Source: Bugula neritina
Lineage: Eukaryota > Animalia > Bryozoa
Assembly: GCA_964035545.1 (NCBI GenBank)
Contig: OZ037769.1
Coordinates: 3,205,929-3,269,928 of the forward strand
Direction of reading: 5' to 3'
Length of the DNA stretch: 64,000 nucleotides
Shown here piece by piece: positions 11,401 to 50,300 of this stretch (within the stretch, counting starts at the first letter, position 1; every line of letters starts with the position of its first letter). The translations under genes and the position numbers were made by a program. The notes under the pieces were generated by a model, which had not been told where the DNA came from, did not search any database, and was given only the letters and a program-made list of their open reading frames with translations.

Positions 11401-13309
11401 AAAATTTAAAGCAATCAACTAAAGTTTATGTTTAAGTTCTAATTTTAAACCTTGAATTTTTCATACATTTAGACGAACTGGCAGTGTAAATGTCAATATT
11501 CAATCAATAACAATTGTGAAAGGTCTATATCTTTTTCTTGCTTTTTCATTTCAAGTTTAATTTTTGTATATTGGTCACCAAAATATTTTAGTGACTGCTG
11601 CAATGTTGTATGTTTTACCTCTCTAGGTGGTTCAAAATTGAAGTAAGCACGTCAGGTTGTAAAAAACTTAGTTAGAACTAACAGTTGAACACATAAATTT
11701 AGTTTTCAACAACTGATGTAAAGTAAATAAATAAGGGAAACCTAAACAAACCTTTATATCTTTTCAAAGCTGCGTGAAAATTACAGCAGTGCCTAATACA
11801 TACTGTAAAGGGGTGTAATACAAGGTTCACTTACTGTGTGAGTTTTTTAATACTCTTTTAGTTTTCAGTGGTTTATTTTGATCTGTGGTCTGCCGGACAT
11901 TCAGAAAAGCTCCAGCTAACGGGCTGAACAGCTTAACTTTTGTATTGAAGTGAGGCTAAAAAGACAAACTAATAAAATTAATGGTTTACATGTTGAGGAT
12001 TGCTTTTTTTGCCCAAATTTTTACATGGATAGAGAATTTTTATAATGGATTTCCTACAGATAAATGTGTTGCCTTTATTTCAAAGTCTATTCAGTCACAA
12101 AGGAAAATTACTTATATTGTAAACACATTGTTAACAAAACAAATTTTTATGTACTTTCTAGATTTTCAAAAACCTGATAAAAAATTTTAAAATTAAGTTT
12201 TCAGCAAATTCTATTAAACTATTTATGTGTTTGACCATACAGTTCTCTTTTCACTAACTATACTATTTTTTATTAATTGAAATAATTTTTTTCTTTGACT
12301 TTATATTTTGACTCTGAAAAATGCAACTTTCACCCATTTTTGGAAAAAGAATATTTTTATGAAAGTAATACAAATGTGATGTTGCACTATTCTAAAATTT
12401 TATAGTGTTTTCCCTAGTGCTACACAAGTTTACAGTTATATATGTTATAGTGTTTTCCCCAGTGCTATACAAGTTTACAGTTATATATTATGTGCACCAT
12501 TTAAGCCAAAAGCATAACCAAATTATTATAGGCAAGTTCTTTATCAATGTGCTTTTTAAGAAAAGCTATTCAATTTATTTTTAAATGTAAGTTTGTGAGA
12601 AATAAAATCTGTTCTGAAATTAACTACATTTGCTTCAAAAATATTAAAACATTTTTCAATTTTTTTTCCAGTATCAAACATCGTAGATTAATTTGTTATG
12701 TGTTAAAATAAGTTATTTGGACATACCAGTTCTATTATCTGTCTTTCAGCTTCTAAGTAGATGTCTGACCATCTCTCTACTGAGCGCTGTCCGTACACAA
12801 CCATCTCTGCTGCCGCAAGCAGCATGAGCAACAGCAGGTGACCTTGTCGCTAAATTGTTATCACAGGTAATCAGTATCTTACAGTAGAAAAAGTAAAAAA
12901 TAGTTTCTAATTCACAAATTTTAACTGTTGGTTAAATTTGTGAACTGCAAGTTTATGATTTTTTTCAAACATATTCATTTTATATTTTTATCCAAGTTTA
13001 TTTTGTTTATACATACAATTTTAGATGCGAAAGGAAAAAATATTCAAAAACTTGCTACTTTTATTTTGAAAAAGTTTCTCACTGAGCTATTTTATTTTAT
13101 TTGCTCACATCTGATATTCATTATTATTTAATCAACTACTTCATAAATACAAAATTATTGTTTGAATCTTCTAATTAAAATTGGATAATTGTGGTTAATT
13201 TAAAGTTCAATATCAGTTTTTATCAAATGTTGAATGAATCAAGAAAAAAAAACTTCCACTTGCACAGTTTGAATTTAATATAGAATTTTTTTTAAAATCA
13301 TACCTGCAT
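8426..13309 (-). CDS. Secreted protein B, 233 aa, paralog of protein A (putative beta-trefoil)
   Basis: 5 exons: 13309-13304, 12849-12727, 11955-11835, 9380-9220, 8716-8426. GT-AG introns, phases 0,0,1,0 as in gene A, 702 nt. Start MQRQGHLLLLMLLAAAEMVVYG is signal-like. Motifs aligning with gene A: ERWSDI/ERPSDI, VKLFS/VRMFS, ERLV/ERLV, AAHFMVKRFP/AAYFMIRRLP, VQLM/VQLM, SEYHR/SPYHR, ASVMPGSLF/ASVEPGTLF. Confidence 0.8.
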
Positions 13310-14075
13310 GATCAAAATATCGCTGGAGAAAAGATTTCTCGTGTGTTCAAGTATTAAAAATGGTCGATGACTTATGATGTCGAGAATGTGATGGGTTTTG
13401 GTTAGGCATGCTGCGCTTTTATACCACTTTACCATCCGGTTTACGTCATTTTGGCATTTGAAAAAATTTGGGGGAATTCTTGACTTCTTAAAGGGGATTG
13501 TTTTGGGCATTTTGGTTAACATTTAAAATAAAAATCTATTGGCATTATCACCTATGAACACACTTGGGGTGTGTGTATACAGTATGACTAACTTTATTGC
13601 ATACAAATTGTTTGTCTTGCAGGTGTAATATGATCACACACACTATTCTCCATAACTTCCTCATTCTATTACAAAAAGTTGATTGTTTTATATTTACTGA
13701 TCAATACACTTTTACTCATTTTTACCTTTTGTAATTATACCTTACAAATTTACAGCTCTACCTGTCATTTATTTTACTAATCATTCTAGGCGATCATAAA
13801 TTATCTTTGTTCAAGAACAAATAGAACTTTGACTAACAGAAAAATACAAAAGGCGTTGAGTTTTTTGAGAATTATAATGTGAAATACTGTGGCTCTAAAA
13901 TTTTGCTTTTTGTGCATATAATTATTTCAAGCCTTTATGCATATTTTGATATTTTAAATTTATTAATTGCCCTACCCTACCTTCATTGTAGTTTTTATGC
14001 ATTTACTGTTTAAAACTCAACTCAAGAACTTTAAAATAAACTTCTAAATATATTTTCTTTTTAGCCATTTTAGTC

Positions 14076-20128
<6,053 letters not shown>

Positions 20129-21744
20129 CAGGTGTAAGTGCAGACCATGTATCTTGTAAATGTAAAACCCCAAAACTGTGCTATACTGGAAGAAATAATT
20201 CTTTGCTAAGTTGGTGCTTGGTTCAAGTGAAATACTATAAATTTTCAGCTAGTGTATCTTAGATATAATAATGTGACAATTATTTTGTGAACTACATAAT
20301 TTGCAAAAACACATTTCGGCTTCAACATTTAATGTAATATTTTTTGTTTATACTTGCTTTATATACAGATGGATTTTTTTGTTGTTTTTAGGCTCTCTCA
20401 CAAATAACTTGATGCAGATAAAATCTTCTATAGCTAAGAAGAACTATTAGAAAGGAACGTATCGAAAATAAAAACTAACTGTTCAACAGCTGGTGTGTTT
20501 CCTCGCCAATCTACTGCTTATGCATAGAAACTAGAAAGTCACAACTTTTACAAGTCACTATTTAGAGCTTTTATTTTACGGCCATACCTGGCTACAGTCC
20601 ACTAACAAGCCAATACTCATGGATGCATTAAAGTGGCTAACAACCCAGGCTTGCATATGACATATACTCTCTCGCTAACTCCATCCATTGTTTTTGCTTA
20701 CTGGTATGATTGCTTACCTATTGAAGCTGCTGATCACTTATCTATAATTTACTTTATTTTCATATTATACTCGGATTGTAATTCTTTAACATATTTTTCT
20801 ATTGTAGATGATTTTTCCATATTGCATTAATCTTTTCCTACTGTAATTTTTTTATCCAATGGAGATATTACGTCCTTTGGAAATTTTCTGGTTTAGAGTA
20901 GAATTTTTGGTTGTGTATTTTTTAGATTCTTGTGTTTAGACTTTACTGAGCTATTTTGATTTTAGTCACTTTATGAGTAGTGCTAGTTGTTTTACTTTCC
21001 ACTTGTAACAAATTTTTAGTTCAAGAACAATATAATTATGGTGAAAATGCATCACAATGGATACTAATGACATTGAACAGATGGTATATTAGTTGAACCT
21101 GCTAGTGTTATTTGTTTTAAGCTAAGTACTGTTATTTTTTAACACTGTGAAAACTAATAACACCAAGTGAACATCAGCATACTAATACTCATTTTGATAT
21201 CCTAAAATCATCCACTATCTAAATCTTGAATAAGAAAATATATTGTTTTAAAACTTCTATCAATTATTTTAAAATAATTTATTACAATTTCAATGCAATA
21301 TATTATAAGCATTGTATGCTTGCATACTTACATTGACCCAGCCCTACTCTACTAGTATTACTATTAAATTTACTGTATTATTCATTTTCATTTTGATTTA
21401 CTTTTAAAATTAGTAATTACAATCAGTGTAAGCGACAAGTGCTACCCAAGTCTTAAAGTGAAACTAAATGTTGAATACTCACTCAATTAGCAATACTTAA
21501 TCTCACGCATATTGATATTGGAACTGTAAATTTGAAAGCCTATGATTGAAAATTTCTGCAAGCTTTTTTATTAAACAAACGTCAAGACAGCAATCATCCG
21601 CCAGAAAACCACTTTTTTGGGGATTGTGTAAGTTATAATGATAATATAGAGTATAGACAAAGGTGTTACTTTAAAGAAAAAGTAAAACACTAAAACGAAA
21701 CTCGTCGTTATGTGAGCAACCTTGACACAAGGAAATTTAACTCG

Positions 21745-21753
21745 TTTGGCGCG
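21745..21753 (+). promoter_or_regulatory. E2F-like site in SmD1 promoter/5' region
   Basis: TTTGGCGCG matches TTTSSCGC, ~90 nt upstream of the ATG. Confidence 0.4.
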
Positions 21754-21836
21754 AGAACAGGTAACACAATAAAACGAAAGTATTCGTAAGGAAGGAGAAA
21801 AAGTCTCCCAATCCGTCTAAAAAATCTTCACACATC

Positions 21837-24276
21837 ATGAAGCTTGTGAGGTAATGCTGAATTGAAATTGCTTTAGCTCGTAAATAGAATATCAATCAAA
21901 CTATAATTAAGATATTTTATGGCTTACTATATCAATCCAGCGTAATAAATGGATAATAATAAGATAGTAATACTATAACTTTGAGGTTATTAATAAATTA
22001 AAAAACAATATTAAATTAAAATGACCATTACTTTTTATTAAATTGAGTTACACTTCAACATCAAAAAAATTAAACTTTGCTTTGCGTGCAACAATGCACT
22101 TGAAATGAAACCGTATAATGATACAATTTTAGTAATTATTAAATATTAACAATAATCATAAATAAGTATTAATTTGAATAATTATAATAATAATTTGTGA
22201 TATTTACATTAATTTTAAATTTAATAAAACATGATGATTATGATGATTTCGCTAATATCAATAATAATATTATTATAATTATTATTAATAGTTGTACATG
22301 ATACCTACATATGGGTTTTTTTAATATTTGAATTGGCAAATATTTAAGATCAATTCAATAAATATAATATTATTAATGGTCTCAATTTCAAAAGTTGGGT
22401 TGAAAGTTGGTCACGACTGTGCATTGAAATTTGTAAAATTAGACTTGAATTTCAAAATTAACGTGAATAACTTTGTGAATATTTGTGTCAGATTGTTGAA
22501 ATTAGGCTCAAGACCAACACTAACGTCACACTACTGAGTACTGAGAGCAAGTTTAAGCCTAGGGCTAGGAGTAACTGTAAGCCTAATCCTTACAGTTATA
22601 GTTTATTGGTTATATTTAATTTTATATTAAATTTAATCAACTTAAACATTAAGTTATAGTCATACTTATATTTATAGTTTAAGTCGTTCATACTTATATT
22701 TATAGTTCTAGGTCTAGAAAGTTAGTTGGTGTTTATGGCTAAACCGATTTTAATAAGTCTAAATACACAGAATGAGAATGTTGGTTTATAATGAAATTAG
22801 AATAAACAAAATTTGAAAAAGCTTCTGTGAACAGTAGCAGTTGCTATATGCTGGCTAAATTTGAAGCTAGTCTCACTGCCATCTAAAATTTAGTTGGAAA
22901 AACTTTCTAGTGCATCTTTTTTTATGATGAGTTTCAGATTCTCATCTAATCAAACTGCTCCAAAGCACATCTTAACTTGCAAAACTTGAAAAATTAAGTG
23001 AAATTTAATAACTAATACTATGGATAAGTTTCATTTTAAATATTGCTATTTATTTCGCTATTGCATGTAGAGGTTAAGTGTACCTTAAGTTATTGTAGAT
23101 TTAATATTTTCCACTAATTCTAGAAGAGATCATTTCTGACAGTCCCGTTATCATTCTTGTATTTACAGTTGAAAGTTTTTCTTCTATGGACTTGGCCACT
23201 CATTATTTATCAATTTTATTTGTAGGTTTTTAATGAAACTCAGTCATGAGACTGTCACTATAGAATTGAAAAATGGTACACAGGTTCATGGCACCATCAC
23301 AGGTAAACTAACGCCAGGTGTTTTCTCCCTTCGCTTAGTATTTAATCACATGAGTTTGTAAGCCAATACAACTCGATTAAATGTCACTCTAGTGTGCATG
23401 AATTTTATCTTCAATTTATATTTTGTCAAGTATTTCCAACATGTTACTGAAACAAGTTTATGCAATAGGAGTTCATGACATTTATGGGTTGTCTTCTCAT
23501 AAAATATAAACCTTACCATGTCTTTGTTTCGTGAATACTTGAAATATTGATATATTGTTTTTGTAGGTGTAGATGTATCTATGAACACACATCTTAAAGC
23601 TGTTAAACTAACTCAGAAAGGCAGAGAGCCTGTAGCTTTGGACACACTAAGTATTAGAGGAAATAATATAAGGTATTACATACTGCCAGATAGTTTACCA
23701 CTAGACACGCTGTTGGTAGATGATGCACCTAAGGGCCGCGGGAGAGGTGATCGAGGGAGAGGTTAGTATCCAGTAGGCCTCGTAGAAATTGTTTTTGGTA
23801 ACAATCTAATTAAATGGTAATTAGAATGATGAAAATGTACATTATAATTGTAGTCTTTCGCATGAATTCAATTAAATGTTGAAGTAGAACTTCTATACCC
23901 GGTCCCTGTAGGATTGCATTTGATGGTACCTTGCAATCTGCATATTTTTGGTTGCCTATTCTTACAGATAGTATCATACTAGTAGAATCATTCTTCTCAA
24001 AGTAGTCTTGTGCCCTGCAATATATTTAATATTATAGGATGGCAATAAAATATGTTCTTGCAAGTGTATCATTGATACTTATTCATTCACAAGGCGGTTT
24101 TGTCCTATAACATATTATCCTGAATTGTGTATTTCCTTGTATGCTTACAGTTGCCTACAACTTTTATGTTGTATGTTTTAGGCCGAGGAATGCGAGGGAG
24201 TAGGGGTGGAAGAGGAAGAGGAAGGGGGGGTCGTGGGGGTCCAGGACGAGGTAGAGGTGGTCCACCTCGAAGATAA
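21837..24276 (+). CDS. SNRPD1: Small nuclear ribonucleoprotein Sm D1, 126 aa
   Basis: Exons 21837-21850, 23226-23302, 23567-23761, 24182-24276. [46 protein letters not shown]...[25 protein letters not shown] followed by an RG-repeat tail. Confidence 0.98.
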
Positions 24277-26157
24277 TCCCACTGTTCGTTCAACTTAACT
24301 TTATATAGTGAATTTGTCAAACGTAATTCCACTTATTAAATGTAGGCTTCTTGAATCCACGCTGTATGGTAAAATTTTACAATTAATTGGGCCAAAAACA
24401 AAAGGATTCAAGTTGCGTTTTTTAATTAGTAAAGAGATGATGTATTGGTGTCACTGCCTGGTGAACTGTATATATTTTATCTTCTGCTTCATCAATGTAC
24501 ATAGTTTTGTAATCCTGTGTTTGCTAAAATAAAATATTATCTTTCAACTCTATTATTTGTGACCATTCTATAAACCACCCTGCAGATATTATATTAGAAT
24601 GCATTTATGCTGTCACTGTGTACAAAAAGCTAACAAACTTTAAGTTGGGCCACAGTGCTTTTTTGGAATTATCTTTCCCCAAAAATTTTTTGTGATGATA
24701 ATATGCTGTGGACATGGAATTTATTCAGATTCTAGCAGTAGTAAGAGATTAAAATTTTATAAACCCTACAGTGGTGTATTAACTACTACTCAACAAGTTG
24801 AAATTGCACTTGGACTAAAAAGTATTAATATGCTTTCATTCAATAATGTTCGTTGATGTCAGCATTGCTGTAGTAATGAGTGCGAATTGTACAAGTTTGC
24901 TCTCAGATACTGGGGTGGATTGTAAAATTATTTTATCCGGGTCAAATGAGGACCAGCAATGAGTCTGCTTGCAATTACTATTTTGCTATATTTCAGTATA
25001 GGTTGGCCATTATCTTGTCGAGAGTGAAATAATTTAGTAGCCAGCTGGCAGTGATTGGAGCTATACAAGCTTATAAATAATGAGTTTCAATACGTATGCT
25101 ATTCAGCCAATAGCAGCCAACATAATGTATTAAGGATTGAACATAGACTGATTCTACTAGCAATACAAATTCGAGAGCCAAGTGCTACTCTTTTTTTATA
25201 GTAAATTGGCAATGACAAACGGGGTAAGCTGAAATCAAAAGCATATAATATATTATATCACACTAGCTAAACCAACTTGTTCGCTTTGCGATTTGCTTAA
25301 AAATTTAGCGGGACCTAGAAAGAACATTTTTTATTTAGCCTCGAAACATTTGGAAAGTTTTTCAAAATTTATAAAATTAGTTCTTATAGATTGCAATTAA
25401 TTTAATTCATTTATTATTTTTTTGTAGAGTAAATTCGAAACATAGTCAACCTTTAGAAAAGTTTCTTTTCGACTACACAGCGGATAACTCTGTCGTCATA
25501 GATACAAGACATGGCGTCACGAGCACTTGCTGTGAATTGAAGAAAATCGTAACATTGAATATTGTTCCAAATTTTAAAAAATTCAATTATTCCGACTAAT
25601 AAATAAGCAAAAATTGATAATCATTGACGTTTTTCATGTAACATAGTTGTCGTGCAAACGTATTATTGTGGTGTATATATAATTATATCAACTAGAACTG
25701 TAAGTATAACTTCTAACAGTAACTTGTCTATGAAAATAGTCCAATAATTATACAAATATTTTGTATAATTATAATAATCATGGTTCTGTTGCTGCAAAAT
25801 AATAGTAGCATATGTATAGTATTGCTTGTAGTGTTTAAAATAAACTGATTTATTGTAACCATAAATTCATAAAAACAATTCCTCGATTCTATAATAATTA
25901 CTTAACCTGTGGTGTGGAATAAGAAGAAGTTTTTTATTTATTTTGTTTCAATGAAACTGCTCTTTGATTTGATTAAATGCTAAATTACAATAATATAAAT
26001 GAAATAATTTATTTAACTTAGAATAAAATACAATTCAAAACAGTGCTGACATTTTTCAAGTAATTTTGCCATTATTCAAAACTCAGACTGAGCATTAACT
26101 AAGAATCAACTAAGCTCAGTCGACGAAGTAGAAATTATTTTACATTTGCAGTTCGCT

Positions 26158-46762
<20,605 letters not shown>

Positions 46763-47324
46763 AGACTGATCTGAATAAGAAACAAACTGCCGGATCTTGA
46801 GTTCTGGCAGCTTTCTGGAAACCTTTCCATCGCATGTTTAGTTTATGATAGTGAGTAACAATTTAAAATACAGTTGATCATAGTAGAGAAAGATTCTAGG
46901 AGGTTTAATAAAAGATCAATAGTGAAAGTACTCAAAACTATTGATGCGTGCTTCTAATTTTTAATGACATACTGGTTTTATAAACTAACAAATTTTATGG
47001 AATTTTTACATCCGTTTATTTTCATCAGTTTAGTCTTGTGTAGGGTAATGTAATTAATATTTTCATTTGCTTGCTTTTATTCTAATTATTAAGCTGCATG
47101 CTTAGCTTGGTAGATTGCAAATTTTATATATTTTGATATTTTATTTTGTAATAATTTTGATTTATTTAAAAAATAAACAATCTTGTTCCTCTTACATATA
47201 CAAAAACATACGTTTAAATAATAAATTGTGAGCAAAACACAAACATAAATTATGATGAGAGACAAAAAGTCATGAACAGTGCAAACTAACAATATAAACA
47301 AATGGTGAGCACACTATGGTAGCA

Positions 47325-50300
47325 CTATTGTTCGGGTATTTCAACACTAGTCATAGAGACAGCAATGCTGCTTGTACTTGTTTTCATTCTCTCCAGAGCA
47401 GCCATGTTTTTAGAGTCTGCCGGCATGTGCTTACTATGTACTGGTTTTACAGTGTACACAGTTGGGGGTCGAGATTGAGATGTTGTAAGTTGCTTAGAGC
47501 CATTCACCGTAGGTGGTCTAGTACTAGTAGGTGGTCTAGTACTCACACTAGTAGGTGGTCTAGTCTGGTTGGGCGTTTGTTTTGAACTTGTGTCAGTAGA
47601 CGGTTCTGTATCTGCTTTTGTAGCAGGTTGACCATCTGAAGATTTATCTTTTTCTTTTTTAACCCTCAGTGATACGATTCCAGCAAACTTATTTTTGTCT
47701 CGTTTGACAGTTTGACCGGCTGCTTCTCTGCACTTGTCAATCACAGATTGAATTGCGAATGACAAAAATAAAGGAATTATTATGAGGTTAGTGACAAAGA
47801 CAATGGCGAAAGAATGATAGTTGGCTACTAGAAAAGTAGCTGCGCACACCATGAATGAGCAGACATACACGGCAGAAAAGTTTAGTTGTGCCGTCGTTAT
47901 GGAGTTGCCGAAGTTATCCGGTGCAATGTGGTCAAAGTAATACTGGTAGATCAATACACAGTAGCCTATTAATACAACTGCCCAAATCATGAATATCAGA
48001 TCTATCCACCATTCTCTCAAAACATAAAACACTCGCTGAAAAGTTCCAAGTGATTGTATATCTCTCAATCTTCCTGGTGTGGCGTGGACATTTTTTCCTG
48101 CAAATCCCATAATGCTTTTAGCAACTTCGCCTTGATCTTCAAGTTTTTTTCTACAGTCTTCCTTTTTTATAACTTCCAAATTGATTTTGATCATGAGCTC
48201 TAGAATGAAGTAATAGTTGGCAAACACAAACACAAAAATACTGAGAATTGGCAAGATTATGGTAGCCATGAGCATTATGGCAGTGGTATAAGATATGTGT
48301 ATCTTTTCCTTTTCTGCTATCTCTTGTGGAAGATTCTCGGGCAGATTTTCAAAATATATTTGTAGAGTTAATTGAAAAAGTAAAAACGCAAACAAGAAAA
48401 CATTTAAGATTATCGTATAAAAAATTCTTGAAGTAATATCGAATCGAGTCGTTCCAGTAGCATCTCCAAACATCTCGTTGAGATTGGTAATAAACCTGTA
48501 CGTCATGTAGATTCTTGTGGCGTACACATATGATAAACTTAGCATGTCAAACGTTATCAAGATCAAATCCAAAACTCCCTAAAATCGTATATAAAACATT
48601 CAATACTAATATTGTTGGAGTAAATTATAGTAATTGAATAGTAAAACTATACTATGCTCTAACTAGACAAGTGAACCATATATATGCAAGCATGCATGCT
48701 TTCATCATCCTACATATAAGACTATACGTAACGTTATGCTTCTTAACATCAAATATTCTTACCTTTCTAAAAAATTAAGCCACTGATTGATCATAATAAA
48801 AAACAGGTACTTTAATTTTAAAAATGGTGTATATGTAAGTAGATATGTATAATTCCTAAATATTTGATTATTTTAGAAACTCAAAAGGTATAAGTAATTT
48901 GTTGAATACAAGTAATTTCTAACTTTTTCAAGATATCTTTTAGCAAATTTCATAAATACGACTAAAATTTAGTAAATTTATTACAATTTTCCAGACTATA
49001 AAAATAACATACCACATGTTGATCATAGCCAATTTTACTTCCATTTTCAAAGTCTTCAAAGACTCTGTCCGTGGTGACACTGATGAGTGAGCAGAGAACT
49101 GTGGGATACAGCAACACTTCAGCGAGGATGTTGTCTATTAACTGCTGCCTCTTCTCAAAGGCCTGCTGCTGCTCATCGGTTTTCTTTTTATACCAGGCAG
49201 TCCTATGAACGAGAGCGTTGAGTGTGAGCAGCACCACGTCAACCATGTCCATCATGAAGCAGGTGAAACCAAACTCTCGGTTGGACGCTGTTTTCAGCAC
49301 TTCTGATCTGATGAGGTCAACGACACTGGCAATAATGCTGACAGCTAACACCAAGTACGGCAGCAGTGTTGTTATCAGACTGAAGAACTTGTTTAAAGGT
49401 CTTTCAGTCAAAGTCTCAACTACCTAGAGAGGAAATTAATAAATAAATGATAGAGTTTTCTTCTCTTACAAGATTACCTAATAACTTACACTTGCTCATC
49501 ACTATAAACATAATGCAAAAATTTGCTCATATTTTTATTTGAAAATAAAATGTGCAATACAAATTTTTCCTTTATCTATATCAATCCAAATACACACACA
49601 CACACACACGCACGAAAGCACACACACACATATATATATTAGATATTAGCTATATGTTATGTAAGCTACTAAAAACTATTTGTTTTTTCATGCTTTATTG
49701 CGAAAAAATATTTTAGTATTTATTATTATTGCATACACTATATTTGTTATTATCTCTTACTTTAGGAATAAATGTCATATGCATGTTACAATAATGTTCA
49801 ATAGCATTCATAGTTGTAACTTTGCTTATTGCATAAAGTTTATTCTGCAGTGTGCAATGTTCTAGCAGTTTAGACATGTATACAAACTAAAATAAAACTG
49901 AACATTTGATTTACATCTGTTATATACCAAAAGTGCAAAATGGGCCCATGATATATCAAACGTTCTAGCCTTTCATATAACTCTGCTACCAACTGCTATA
50001 ACGGTACAGAGAGCAGACAATTTCTGTATATACCTTCAATCCTTCCTGGACCTGCTCAGTATTCTCCTTGTAGCCTGCTCTCTGAGTCTTCTTCACAACC
50101 ACACTTTCAACCCACTTGGTGAGAGGTTTATCAGACCACGAGCTATCATTGAGCTCTTTTATCTGCAACACCCGGATGTGACATCACTCTCTAGTTCAAC
50201 ATATCATTCCGATATTACAAAAAGTATTCTGTATTATCCAAAACAACCCATTCTTTGAGTTGCTTTCTCTTTAAAACTGAAGCTGATTCATAAATAAGCT

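Noticed and set aside
12750-12866. Plus-strand AG...GT exon-like segment
   Set aside because: Stops in all three plus frames; better explained as the antisense of gene B exon 2. A non-coding arrestin leader exon is not excluded.
25261-25690. Possible Helitron-like non-autonomous element starting ACTAGC
   Set aside because: No second copy, terminal hairpin or clear boundaries visible in the window.
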